The notes beneath the pieces are model-generated. The model searched no databases, was not told the DNA's origin, and worked only from the letters and a program-made list of their open reading frames with translations. Below, one piece after another: positions 35,182 through 43,519 of a stretch of 64,000 nucleotides of DNA (the first letter of the stretch is position 1; each line of letters begins with the position of its first letter). The stretch is from Candidatus Saccharimonadales bacterium (GTDB taxonomy: Bacteria; Patescibacteriota; Saccharimonadia; Saccharimonadales; UBA10212), in contig JBBRSU010000001.1 of the NCBI GenBank assembly GCA_038245195.1, positions 192,121 through 256,120 on the forward strand, read 5' to 3'. Made by a program: the position numbers and the translations under genes.

Positions 35182-35231
35182 GCTTGGTTTATATCAACAA
35201 TAATCGTAATCCGCAAATTGATAGCAAATTC

Positions 35232-35240
35232 TGTTATAAT
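35232..35240 (+). promoter_or_regulatory. extended -10 promoter TGTTATAAT for tRNA-Pro(CGG)
   Basis: Located 15 nt upstream of the tRNA 5' end. Confidence 0.5.
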
Positions 35241-35255
35241 TACCCCCGTTAATAT

Positions 35256-35332
35256 CGGGGATTAGCGCAGCTTGGTAGCGCGCCGCGTTCGGGACGCGGA
35301 GGTCGTGGGTTCAAATCCCGCATCCCCGACCA
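35256..35332 (+). tRNA. tRNA-Pro (CGG), CCA encoded
   Basis: CGGGGAT...CCGCG-TTCGGGA-CGCGG...ATCCCCG-A-CCA. Confidence 0.92.
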
Positions 35333-35353
35333 AAAAGGAGTACAATCTACCTA

Positions 35354-36001
35354 ATGCTTGCGGTTACTGCCTGCCTAATCGGAATTTTTGGTTTATTAAT
35401 AATTGCTGAGCTACTCGGCAAGTACCGCATATTAAAGGGCGAGTATCATCGTAAGTTCTTACACATCACAGCAGGGAGTTTTATAGCTTTTTGGCCTTGG
35501 CTAATAAGTTGGCGGTCAATTGAGCTATTTGGGTTGGCAATGCTGGCGGTCATGGTCGCCAACCACTATTTATCATTCTTGAACTACCGCGGACGAGTTG
35601 GCCGGGCTACTTTCGGTGATATGTTTTTGGCTCTGGCTATTTTTTTGTCAGCCACACTAACCCATAATAAAATCTTTTTTGCATTGGCAATTCTAGAAGT
35701 TGCTTTGGCCGATGGTTTGGCAGCCGTTATTGGCATAACATATGGGAAATACTGGGGGTATAAAGTTTTTCATCACCGCAAGACGGTAATTGGCTCAATG
35801 GTGTTTTGGTTAGTAACACTGTGTATATTTGGTGCTGGCTTATTATCTGCCCACAACGCTATATCATTCCAAGACTACTTTTTACTTTTGTTACTTTTAC
35901 CCCCAGCTTTCACCCTTGCTGAAAATTTTTCAGTATTCGGACTAGACAATTTAATAATTCCGCTTCTAACAATAATTATATTGCGGACCGTCCAGATTTA
36001 G
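35354..36001 (+). CDS. diacylglycerol/polyprenol kinase-family (CdsA/dolichol kinase-like) membrane protein
   Basis: RKFLHITAGSF and ADGLAAVIGITYGK motifs. SD AAGGAG. Confidence 0.55.
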   Translation: MLAVTACLIGIFGLLIIAELLGKYRILKGEYHRKFLHITAGSFIAFWPWLISWRSIELFGLAMLAVMVANHYLSFLNYRGRVGRATFGDMFLALAIFLSATLTHNKIFFALAILEVALADGLAAVIGITYGKYWGYKVFHHRKTVIGSMVFWLVTLCIFGAGLLSAHNAISFQDYFLLLLLLPPAFTLAENFSVFGLDNLIIPLLTIIILRTVQI

Positions 36002-36474
36002 GCAACACCAATTAGGATACCGGCGACAAATACAATCGCCCCGCCGAACATAACCATGGCAATCGATTTCCAGAACGGCATATTGAAAAAATGATATCTA
36101 ATATAGCTAATTGCCATTAACTCCAGAGCGACCACAATTGAGGCAATCACCAACGCAACATGGAAATTTGATAATAAAAAGGGCAGGGTATGAAAAATAC
36201 CGCCCAGAAAAGTCATAGCACCAATTATTACTCCTCGCCGGAAAGGGTGGCCGCGGCCGGTTAACTTTCCATCGTCACTCAGTCCTTCGGCAAACGCCAT
36301 ACTTATGCCGGCGCCGACAGCCGCCGACACACCAACCACAAATGCCACATGCGGTCTGTGGGTTGCGAAAGCGGCAGCAAAAATCGGGGCTAGCGTAGAA
36401 ACGCTACCATCCATTAACCCAGCTAAGCCGGGCTGAACAGTCTGCAATACAAATTTATCATCTTGTTTAGTCAT
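35998..36474 (-). CDS. VIT1/CCC1-family metal transporter-like membrane protein
   Basis: GLAGLMDGSVSTLAPIFAAA and GISMAFAEGLSDDG. Confidence 0.65.
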   Translation of the reverse strand: MTKQDDKFVLQTVQPGLAGLMDGSVSTLAPIFAAAFATHRPHVAFVVGVSAAVGAGISMAFAEGLSDDGKLTGRGHPFRRGVIIGAMTFLGGIFHTLPFLLSNFHVALVIASIVVALELMAISYIRYHFFNMPFWKSIAMVMFGGAIVFVAGILIGVA

Positions 36475-36480
36475 AGATCT

Positions 36481-36558
36481 TGGGGTGCCTGAAGGGACTT
36501 GAACCCTCGACTTTCAGTACCACAAACTGACGCTCTAACCAACTGAGCTACAGGCACC
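36481..36558 (-). tRNA. tRNA-His (GTG) with encoded G-1 and CCA
   Basis: G-1 + GTGCCTG...TCAGT-TTGTGGT-ACTGA...CAGGCAC-C-CCA. Confidence 0.92.
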
Positions 36559-36560
36559 AC

Positions 36561-36579
36561 AACAGGGGTGATTATAGCA
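36561..36579 (-). promoter_or_regulatory. conserved tRNA promoter motif TGCTATAAT-N5-CTGTT (copy 2, tRNA-His)
   Basis: Minus-strand reading TGCTATAATCACCCCTGTT, ending 2 nt before G-1. Confidence 0.55.
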
Positions 36580-36604
36580 TTTATATACTCAATAAACCAG
36601 AAGT

Positions 36605-36829
36605 TTAATCGATAGGAACTGTTGTTACATCGAAATCGTAAGCGTACTGGTCCATAACTAATTGATCTGTGCCGTTATCAAGATAAGCATAGGTTTTTTT
36701 GGCAGACTCTGGCATTGCCAGGCTTCCTAATATTATCGGGGTAATAACTGCTTGCTCTGCTTCTCCAGTAATTTCCTCAATTGGCACCAATTCTGCTTCG
36801 GACATATTACCTAAAAGTATAATGGACAT
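36605..36829 (-). CDS. hypothetical small acidic protein
   Basis: 74-aa ORF in an AT-rich region. No motif. Confidence 0.35.
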   Translation of the reverse strand: MSIILLGNMSEAELVPIEEITGEAEQAVITPIILGSLAMPESAKKTYAYLDNGTDQLVMDQYAYDFDVTTVPID

Positions 36830-36938
36830 GCTTAAGTCAGCCTAAAAAAATCTGTTGTTAAATGACCGATGCATAAAATTGGTACAGCACACTGAACGAG
36901 CTTAGAACCATTTTAACCAGTCTATGATGAAGCTTGTT

Positions 36939-37172
36939 CTAATACTTACTGAAGTATTTTCTGGCGATATTAAACCAGTAGAAATCTTTAACATCTGAAT
37001 CATCAAAAAGATTCCGTGAACTTCTCTTCCCGTTCTCCGGGGCAAAGCTGTCATCCTTATACTTTAGATAGAAATCTACTGGCTCGTCCTTATGTAACAA
37101 GTAATGAGGATAGTTATTTGCCTCATCCATTTCTCGATGGACCGTATTTGCTCTATTTATAAATAAATTCAT
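36939..37172 (-). CDS. hypothetical small protein
   Basis: 77-aa ORF rich in D/K/Y/F. No motif. Confidence 0.35.
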   Translation of the reverse strand: MNLFINRANTVHREMDEANNYPHYLLHKDEPVDFYLKYKDDSFAPENGKRSSRNLFDDSDVKDFYWFNIARKYFSKY

Positions 37173-37306
37173 GAACCCTCCAGACCTGAATACTTACAGC
37201 TAGACCTCCTAGGACCTCTAACCTACATAAATGATACCTTTAAGATGTGCGGCCCGCCGTGCTGGATATCACAACCTCGATGTGGATAAAGGTATAAGCT
37301 AAGTAT

Positions 37307-37969
37307 ATGAGTAATATGACTCTTAATAGACACGCCAGTGAAAGTATTGATGCTCATTTCGATGAGGGTACTTCGAAGCGCTATCTGAAGAATGAGATTA
37401 TCGTACAAGGTGATGAAGAGCCTTCGGGAGTGTTTTTCATTTTAGAGGGCTACGTAAAGGCCTACTCCATATCGCAACTGGGACAACAAAACCTTTTATT
37501 AATTCAAGGGTCTCATGAAATTCTGCCTTTGCCTTGGGCCCTAGACGGACCTCAAAAAATTGGTATTTATTACGAGGCGATGTCCGATGTAACTCTTAAA
37601 CGAACTTCCAAAGCCGCGTTGAGGGCATCCATGGGCAGCGATCCCTGGCTTACCGAACAAATACTCCGCCAATTAGTCGATGCCTTTACAGTTTACGCAC
37701 AAAGGATTCAAAGCCTTGGGTTTCGATTACCCCGTGAACGAATAATTGCTTGTTTACTTGATTTAAGCACACGCTTTGGTGAAAGGCATGATGATAACAA
37801 TATAATCAAAGCACCTATAACTCATCAAGATATAGCTGATTCTACAAACATGACAAGAGAAACAGCCAGTAGGGCTATAGAGCAGCTATTCAAAGATAAG
37901 TTAATTCATCAAGAAAACCATTTTTTTGTAATTAACAATGAATCAAAACTAAAGTCAGAACTTAGCTAA
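37307..37969 (+). CDS. Crp/Fnr family transcriptional regulator (paralogue 1)
   Basis: cNMP-binding-like beta-roll (GVFFILEGYVKAY) and C-terminal HTH (THQDIADSTNMTRETASRAIEQL). Confidence 0.85.
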   Translation: MSNMTLNRHASESIDAHFDEGTSKRYLKNEIIVQGDEEPSGVFFILEGYVKAYSISQLGQQNLLLIQGSHEILPLPWALDGPQKIGIYYEAMSDVTLKRTSKAALRASMGSDPWLTEQILRQLVDAFTVYAQRIQSLGFRLPRERIIACLLDLSTRFGERHDDNNIIKAPITHQDIADSTNMTRETASRAIEQLFKDKLIHQENHFFVINNESKLKSELS

Positions 37970-38103
37970 GTAACGTGATTAAGCGTACATAAATAATGTA
38001 TATCTTGTTGTTTAATGGTAGCTAGACATCGTTGCCCTTATCAAATGTTAGGCAACATGTCACTAGACCCTTGGTGGAGTAATCGAGGGTCTCTTTATTT
38101 CCG

Positions 38104-38781
38104 TTAACTAAGAGCGTTTTGCAACTTTGGTAAGTCTAAGATTGTGAACAGGTGATCTTCTTGGCCCAATAGGCCTTCGTCAAAAAGTAATTCTAATGCC
38201 CGGCTGGCGGTCTCACGGGTCATATTAATTGAATCAGATATATCCTGATGGGTTACCGGAGCATCTATAAGGACTTCTTCTCCTCGATGTTTACCAAACA
38301 TTTCCGCTAGATTTAATATCTCCGCAACTATTCTTCCACGGGCCGAGCGATACTCCAGAGTCTGGATTCTTTGAGCATAAACGCTAATTATATTTACTGA
38401 TTGTTTTAATAGCTCTTGCGATAGCCAGATGTTATCTCCCATGGCTATACGTAGCTTCTCTTTGGACGTACGAAGTACTGTAACATCTGACATTGCCTCG
38501 TAATATAGGCCCTCTGTATGCACTCCGTCTAAAGCCCAAGTAAGAGGGATGAACTCTCCCGCATCATGAATAAGTAACAAGCTCTCCTGGCCGGCTTTAG
38601 TTATTGTGTAGGCTTTAACAAAGCCATTTTTAATAAGATATACACCCTGTGGTTCGTCCAAGCCATTTATTATGATCTCATCTTTTGAGTATTTCAGAAT
38701 CACGCCATCACTGAAGTAAGTATCAATGTCTTCTTCTCTGACTTTTTCGGTCGGCGTAATTGCCAGTGTGTGCTTTGGCAT
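38104..38781 (-). CDS. Crp/Fnr family transcriptional regulator (paralogue 2)
   Basis: Same architecture (GVYLIKNGFVKAY; THQDISDSINMTRETASRALELL). Clearly similar to 37307-37969. Confidence 0.85.
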   Translation of the reverse strand: MPKHTLAITPTEKVREEDIDTYFSDGVILKYSKDEIIINGLDEPQGVYLIKNGFVKAYTITKAGQESLLLIHDAGEFIPLTWALDGVHTEGLYYEAMSDVTVLRTSKEKLRIAMGDNIWLSQELLKQSVNIISVYAQRIQTLEYRSARGRIVAEILNLAEMFGKHRGEEVLIDAPVTHQDISDSINMTRETASRALELLFDEGLLGQEDHLFTILDLPKLQNALS

Positions 38782-38814
38782 AACTATATTATATGCAAAC
38801 TTAGAACTTTACCT

Positions 38815-38830
38815 TGTGCGTTTAAACACA
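38815..38830. promoter_or_regulatory. CRP-like box TGTGCGTTTAAACACA (TGTG-N8-CACA) upstream of Crp paralogue 2
   Basis: Centred about 41.5 nt upstream of the ATG at 38781, with a TATAAT (38793-38788, minus strand) 6 nt before the ATG. Confidence 0.45.
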
Positions 38831-38857
38831 CGCTATGGATTTTACCGTACAGCGAAA

Positions 38858-38934
38858 TGGTACCCCCGGCAAGATTCGAACTTGCGACCTTGAGCTTAGA
38901 AGTCTCCTGCTCTATCCAACTGAGCTACGGGGGC
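38858..38934 (-). tRNA. tRNA-Arg (TCT), CCA encoded
   Basis: GCCCCCG...GGAGA-CTTCTAA-GCTCA...CGGGGGT-A-CCA. The anticodon stem has two mismatched end pairs, and 1:72 is G-U. Confidence 0.8.
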
Positions 38935-39049
38935 AAAATTGAAGGACAACCTACGGTTTTCCTTCAACACCCGGTCGGCACAAGCCGAGTTTGCAAGCAA
39001 ACCAAGCCGGGCTACTATCTTTCCCTGGAATAGGAAAAGACAAGAACAA
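38935..39049 (-). ncRNA. unclassified structured RNA (copy B), exactly filling the spacer between tRNA-Gly and tRNA-Arg
   Basis: Paralogue of 11346-11460. The terminal hairpin TTGAAGGA-A-AACC-GTA-GGTT-G-TCCTTCAA is identical, and the three-way-junction helices covary. Confidence 0.55.
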
Positions 39050-39124
39050 TGGTGCGGGATGGGGTAGTCGAAACCCCGTCTTAAGTTTGGAAAACTTACA
39101 TATTAACCGTTATACGAATCCCGC
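39050..39124 (-). tRNA. tRNA-Gly (TCC), CCA encoded
   Basis: GCGGGAT...TAAGT-TTTCCAA-ACTTA-AGAC-GGGGT-TTCGACT-ACCCC-ATCCCGC-A-CCA. Confidence 0.88.
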
Positions 39125-39127
39125 TCG

Positions 39128-39146
39128 AACAGATGAAATTATAGCA
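39128..39146 (-). promoter_or_regulatory. conserved tRNA promoter motif TGCTATAAT-N5-CTGTT (copy 3, tRNA-Gly operon)
   Basis: Minus-strand reading TGCTATAATTTCATCTGTT, ending 3 nt before the tRNA-Gly 5' end. Confidence 0.55.
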
Positions 39147-39208
39147 GGTTTACTGGTTATTATTACATCAACTAATTGCCCTAATGCTAAATTTAGTATA
39201 ATGGTAAT

Positions 39209-40441
39209 GTGAAAACACAACGCAAAAAACTGAAGACCTGGAAGGTAAAGTTTACTATATTCTCAGGCTTAGCTATTCTCGTAATATCCTCGTGGTTTCT
39301 CGGTAGAACAGCAGCTGCTCCATGTCTATCAGATAGCCAAGTGCTATCAGCGAATACCACAAAAATAATTAAACCTAAAGCCATTTTAACCAAGCACGAA
39401 GTAAATGCTCCGGATGCAAAAGTCGTTTCAAATACTAATAATGTGGTTCTTCCGCCGCTACATACAGGCTTAAGTACAAGTAGCGAACCACAGTTGCGTA
39501 GGCTCGCAACATATGAACAATCTGCTGGGGGGGCGGTCGCTTCGGGTATGATGATTTTCACAGAATTGTCTTCGAATAATGCCGATGCACAATCAGCGGC
39601 AGTAGATATGGCAAAATGTCTAAGTAATTTTGCGACCTATAATATAAAACCAATTATTATAATGGAGCCAACTTTAAATGGAAGTGCTGTTAGCTTTAGC
39701 TCCTATCGAAACGGTGCATATGACTCGGTTTTAGACAAGTACTTTAGTGCGTTAAAAGGTGCAGGTGTGACTGATAGCGAAATGGGTCTTTGGACATACT
39801 TCCCAGAGGCAAATCTGCCGCAATGGGGTCCAGTAGATGTAGCTGATTTCGCACCAAACGTGATAAGGACGGTCAATATCCAGAAGAAGTATTTTCCGAC
39901 CAGCAAGGCGAGTATTATGCTAGATGCTGAAAGCTATCCATCTGGTAGTACGGATTGGGGTAATGGTTCATATGTAAATCTTTCCCCATTTATTAATGGA
40001 ATTCCTCGGGGCTTGATAGATAGCTTCGGACTTCAGGGTTTTCCTTGGGCCCCCCCAGCTAATCAGGGTGGCGACCCAAGTTACGACCCTTCGATTTATT
40101 TAGCTAGCAATCTAGCCATTCAAACTGCTCAACAAATGGGGCTATCAAGTGTCTGGCTCAATACCGGTACTTTTGCAGCGATGTATGCCAACGATAAGTC
40201 CCAGACTGTAAATATGTCTGCCACCCAACGCCAACAACTGCTAAATGGAGTTATTACTCAGGCTGAGAACATAAAGAATTCTGGACTTAAAGTTTCCATA
40301 AATTTATTTAGTGAAGATAAATCAAAAAGTGATGAAGCAACCGACTGGTCTTATCAAACATCAGATGCCCAAGCCGTATTTAAGTCATTCTCCCAACAGC
40401 TTTTTTTGGACAATATAGAGCTATGGCTATTCGATAACTAA
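39209..40441 (+). CDS. secreted or membrane-anchored protein, possibly a glycoside-hydrolase-like TIM barrel
   Basis: N-terminal signal anchor. Alternating beta/alpha-like pattern (IIIMEPTL, WTYFPEAN, FGLQGFPWAP). Function unproven. The GTG start is uncertain. Confidence 0.5.
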   Translation: MKTQRKKLKTWKVKFTIFSGLAILVISSWFLGRTAAAPCLSDSQVLSANTTKIIKPKAILTKHEVNAPDAKVVSNTNNVVLPPLHTGLSTSSEPQLRRLATYEQSAGGAVASGMMIFTELSSNNADAQSAAVDMAKCLSNFATYNIKPIIIMEPTLNGSAVSFSSYRNGAYDSVLDKYFSALKGAGVTDSEMGLWTYFPEANLPQWGPVDVADFAPNVIRTVNIQKKYFPTSKASIMLDAESYPSGSTDWGNGSYVNLSPFINGIPRGLIDSFGLQGFPWAPPANQGGDPSYDPSIYLASNLAIQTAQQMGLSSVWLNTGTFAAMYANDKSQTVNMSATQRQQLLNGVITQAENIKNSGLKVSINLFSEDKSKSDEATDWSYQTSDAQAVFKSFSQQLFLDNIELWLFDN

Positions 40442-42426
40442 AGTTGCGGTTGAATTTCAGCTAAAGCTTGTTTGACTGTCTCGACCGCAATCCCAGTGGA
40501 CTTAAGATAGGCTAGTTGTGAATCAAGGTCCGATTGGTAGGTGTTATAGGGTTCTGTGGTCTTGTTTAAGCTTGAATCCACCTGGTGATATACAAGTACT
40601 AACCAGGTGTTGGTAGCCTGTGCTTGCTGAATCCATGATTGGACTTGTGCTAGCGTGGTTGTTGCAAGTAAGTTTTGAACTTTTATATCATAGATGTCAA
40701 AGTTACTTTTTGCGTTATATCCATCCTCGACACCTCGATGAGAGGCGTAATACTGCTTAACATTGTTTAATACTGTTTGATTATAGGCCCCATACGGTGA
40801 TGCAAAGTCAGTTACCGGTAACCCGATCAGTGTCTGAAGCGTTAGTTGAGAATTCTTAAGTTCCGTATTTAGCTTTATCGTTCCCTGGGACGTAAGATCG
40901 GGATGGTCTACAGTATGAGAGCCTATCTCGTGCCCCGCGAGAGATAATTGTTTAACCTGGGCGGTTGTCATATACTGTGGGTCGCCCAGATAACCGCTAA
41001 CAATATAATCGGTCGCTTTAAATCCATACTTATTCAAGATTGGCAGCCCATTATTGAAGTAACTTTGCCACCCATCATCAAAGGTTAGGGTTACAATCGG
41101 GCGGTTAAACCCCACGACACTATATGGGCTTAAGTTGAAGTCATCGGTTTGGAGCCAACCAACGCTGTAGATACTATGATAAATGCTTACTGATACTGCA
41201 TTAGCAGGTGTAGTGAACTGAATCCTAAACTTTGTCCAGTTAGTTTTATCGGGATAGGTAGCACCCAGATAAAGGTATTGAGTAGTTCCGTCTGATAGGT
41301 TTATACCAGCATCAACTTCAGTCACAACGCTAGCTTTGTAATAGTCAGTAAAGTCATATTGATGATTGGCGACTACCGGTTGAGGAGCAAAATACCAATA
41401 GCTTGCACCACTAGAATAGCTATTCATCTTGACCTTTAGACTGCGGCTACCACTGTGCCCAGATGTATTTAGGTAGCTAAAGCTTGTAGAGTTTGTCCCC
41501 CAAGTGCCTTTATTCCATCCCTGAGGCAAACTTGAGTTACTTGGGTCAGCAGTTTCGACCGAAGGATTAGGCACAATGTTACCAGAATTAATGCTAGCAT
41601 TGGAAACATTAACATTAATTGGTGTTGCGGAAACAGTTTGACTGTCATTAGTAGTGGCAGTCGCACCTATGGTGTGTGAGCCATTGATTAGTTTAGTAGT
41701 GTCCCAGCTAAGTTGATAAGGAGCAAAAGTCACAGGGTTGCCAAAATTTACTCCATCGATTTGAAACTGAATGTTGCTAATACCACTTGGTGAACTGGCG
41801 CTAGCAGTAATTTGTCTAGTGCCCGAAACGGCTGAATTAGCAGATGGGGAAGTAATTGCCGCTGTTGGTCCAGCGACTACAGTCGATATCGAATAATCAT
41901 CGCTTTGGAGCCAGCCGACATTGTTTATGAGATGAAAAATAGTCACATTCTTGGCCGTGATTGGAGCCGTAAAATTCAAACTGGCTTGATTCCAGGTGCT
42001 TATGCTGGGCGTCTGGATGCCTAAGTCGCTGTAGCTAAAATGTCCGGCTCCATCGTCGAATTGAGCAACAATGTCACTTGAAATGCTAGATTCGTAATAG
42101 TCGGAGAAACTGTATTGGCTACCACCTGTAATTGCAATTGGGCTAAAGTACCACTTGGCATCACCATTCGTGTAGTTGGAGATATCAACCCGAATCCCTT
42201 TGGATCCAGTGTGGGCAGCTGAAGGGTAACTAAATGTAGCTGAATTTGTACCCCAATTACCCTGAAGCCAACCTTGCGGCAGGCTGGAATTTACGGAATC
42301 GCTACTCTCAACTGAAGAATTATTTATTAGATTAACTGGAGCAGCCTTAGCGGTATGAAGACAAATAGGCAGCAAATTTGCAGCTGCGATCACGGCGAAA
42401 TATAGAAATGCGTATAATTTTTTCAT
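40438..42426 (-). CDS. secreted polysaccharide deacetylase (CE4/NodB) with two CBM-like repeats and an Ig-like domain
   Basis: Signal peptide. Duplicated NSSLPQGW..GTWGTNS modules. NodB motifs TFDDGW and HEIGSHTVDHPDL. Confidence 0.85.
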   Translation of the reverse strand: MKKLYAFLYFAVIAAANLLPICLHTAKAAPVNLINNSSVESSDSVNSSLPQGWLQGNWGTNSATFSYPSAAHTGSKGIRVDISNYTNGDAKWYFSPIAITGGSQYSFSDYYESSISSDIVAQFDDGAGHFSYSDLGIQTPSISTWNQASLNFTAPITAKNVTIFHLINNVGWLQSDDYSISTVVAGPTAAITSPSANSAVSGTRQITASASSPSGISNIQFQIDGVNFGNPVTFAPYQLSWDTTKLINGSHTIGATATTNDSQTVSATPINVNVSNASINSGNIVPNPSVETADPSNSSLPQGWNKGTWGTNSTSFSYLNTSGHSGSRSLKVKMNSYSSGASYWYFAPQPVVANHQYDFTDYYKASVVTEVDAGINLSDGTTQYLYLGATYPDKTNWTKFRIQFTTPANAVSVSIYHSIYSVGWLQTDDFNLSPYSVVGFNRPIVTLTFDDGWQSYFNNGLPILNKYGFKATDYIVSGYLGDPQYMTTAQVKQLSLAGHEIGSHTVDHPDLTSQGTIKLNTELKNSQLTLQTLIGLPVTDFASPYGAYNQTVLNNVKQYYASHRGVEDGYNAKSNFDIYDIKVQNLLATTTLAQVQSWIQQAQATNTWLVLVYHQVDSSLNKTTEPYNTYQSDLDSQLAYLKSTGIAVETVKQALAEIQPQL

Positions 42427-42661
42427 TTAAATCCGAAAACTTTAAATAACATTATATACGATAAATAACATGTTTGTCAATATCTCAACAATTCAAAGAC
42501 TAAGCGTAAACATATTAAATAATACTATTTACAAAAGCACATTAATATAGTATTCTAGTAACCAAGACGAGTTTGAGGTTTTGAACTGCCTGTACGAATT
42601 TCTTGTGCAGGGGCTAAGAAACATACAGACCCGGACTAAATAATCATAAAGGAGCTTCAGC

Positions 42662-42841
42662 ATGAGTGGAAGTGGACAAGTACTGGGTTGCAGTACAACT
42701 GCTTGCAGTGTGGCGTTATTGCCTAACACTGGTGGTTCCCGCGCTCTGTTCTGGGTTGGCATGGTTGCTCTTGGTATCGGCCTTCTGACGTTGGCTGTGA
42801 CCGGGGCTGTAAGCCTAAAGCAGCGTATGAACCGCGGATAA
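42662..42841 (+). CDS. 59-aa LPXTG mini-protein (sortase substrate candidate)
   Basis: SD AAAGGAG 7 nt upstream. MSGSGQVLGCSTTACSVALLPNTG-G + hydrophobic helix + KQRMNRG is a complete cell-wall sorting signal. No N-terminal signal peptide. Missed by the ORF track (below 60 aa). Confidence 0.6.
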   Translation: MSGSGQVLGCSTTACSVALLPNTGGSRALFWVGMVALGIGLLTLAVTGAVSLKQRMNRG

Positions 42842-42919
42842 GGTAGCAATACCTTAATCGGACAACGGTGTGGTGAACTTAATTGTTTGCTACTCCGTTT
42901 TCTCTTGAAAGTAGGAACA

Positions 42920-43513
42920 ATGAAATATTTTTATAAGAAGCAAGTAATAATAATTGCTAGTTTGATGTTTATTATTGGCTTGGCCGGAAGCCTGCCAACT
43001 TTCTATTATCTATTAACCAATCGCGGATCAGTTAGTTCGCACGCACTACCCAGACCGCCTAGTATTCAGGTAAGCCACCGAACACCTCTAATAAGTGGTC
43101 AGCCAGTTGCTATATCTATTCCGAGTGTAGATATTAATATCCCAGTTATTAATGGTTACTACAACCAAAGAACCAAGGATTGGAGCCTATCTTTAGACAA
43201 GGCACAGTTCGCTACGCCTACAGTTATCCCAAATAATCAAACGGGCAACACCTTCATCTATGGGCATTATAGGCTAGGTGTTTTCTATACTTTGCCACAT
43301 GTTCAGTCTGGTGCTGAGGCGACTATAATCACTGATAACGGCTACAAATTTACTTATAAGTTTTATTCTACCTATGCCACACAACCGACTGACTTATCAG
43401 TCTTGACCTACAAAGGCCCACCCATGCTAACATTGCAAACTTGCTCTGGTACATGGTATCAAAACCGACAAATGTACCTGTTCAGTTATGTCGGTTATCA
43501 AAAAGCTTCTTAA
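42920..43513 (+). CDS. sortase (transpeptidase)
   Basis: N-terminal TM anchor, catalytic His (IYGHY), LTLQTCSG (TLxTC) and a downstream Arg (YQNRQ). The ATG at 42920 is preferred over the TTG at 42887. Confidence 0.85.
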   Translation: MKYFYKKQVIIIASLMFIIGLAGSLPTFYYLLTNRGSVSSHALPRPPSIQVSHRTPLISGQPVAISIPSVDINIPVINGYYNQRTKDWSLSLDKAQFATPTVIPNNQTGNTFIYGHYRLGVFYTLPHVQSGAEATIITDNGYKFTYKFYSTYATQPTDLSVLTYKGPPMLTLQTCSGTWYQNRQMYLFSYVGYQKAS

Positions 43514-43519
43514 ATAAAT

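Noticed and set aside
39193-39561. 122-aa minus-strand ORF overlapping the start of the 39209 gene
   Set aside because: Antisense shadow. It would run into the tRNA-Gly promoter region.
40438-42426. Internal repeat in the deacetylase as a possible diversity-generating retroelement VR/TR pair
   Set aside because: The two CBM-like modules are diverged at many codon positions, not with an adenine-specific pattern. No reverse transcriptase is present in the window.
42529-42849. 106-aa minus-strand ORF
   Set aside because: It is antisense to the SD-preceded LPXTG mini-ORF that sits next to a sortase. It has no ribosome-binding site and no motif.
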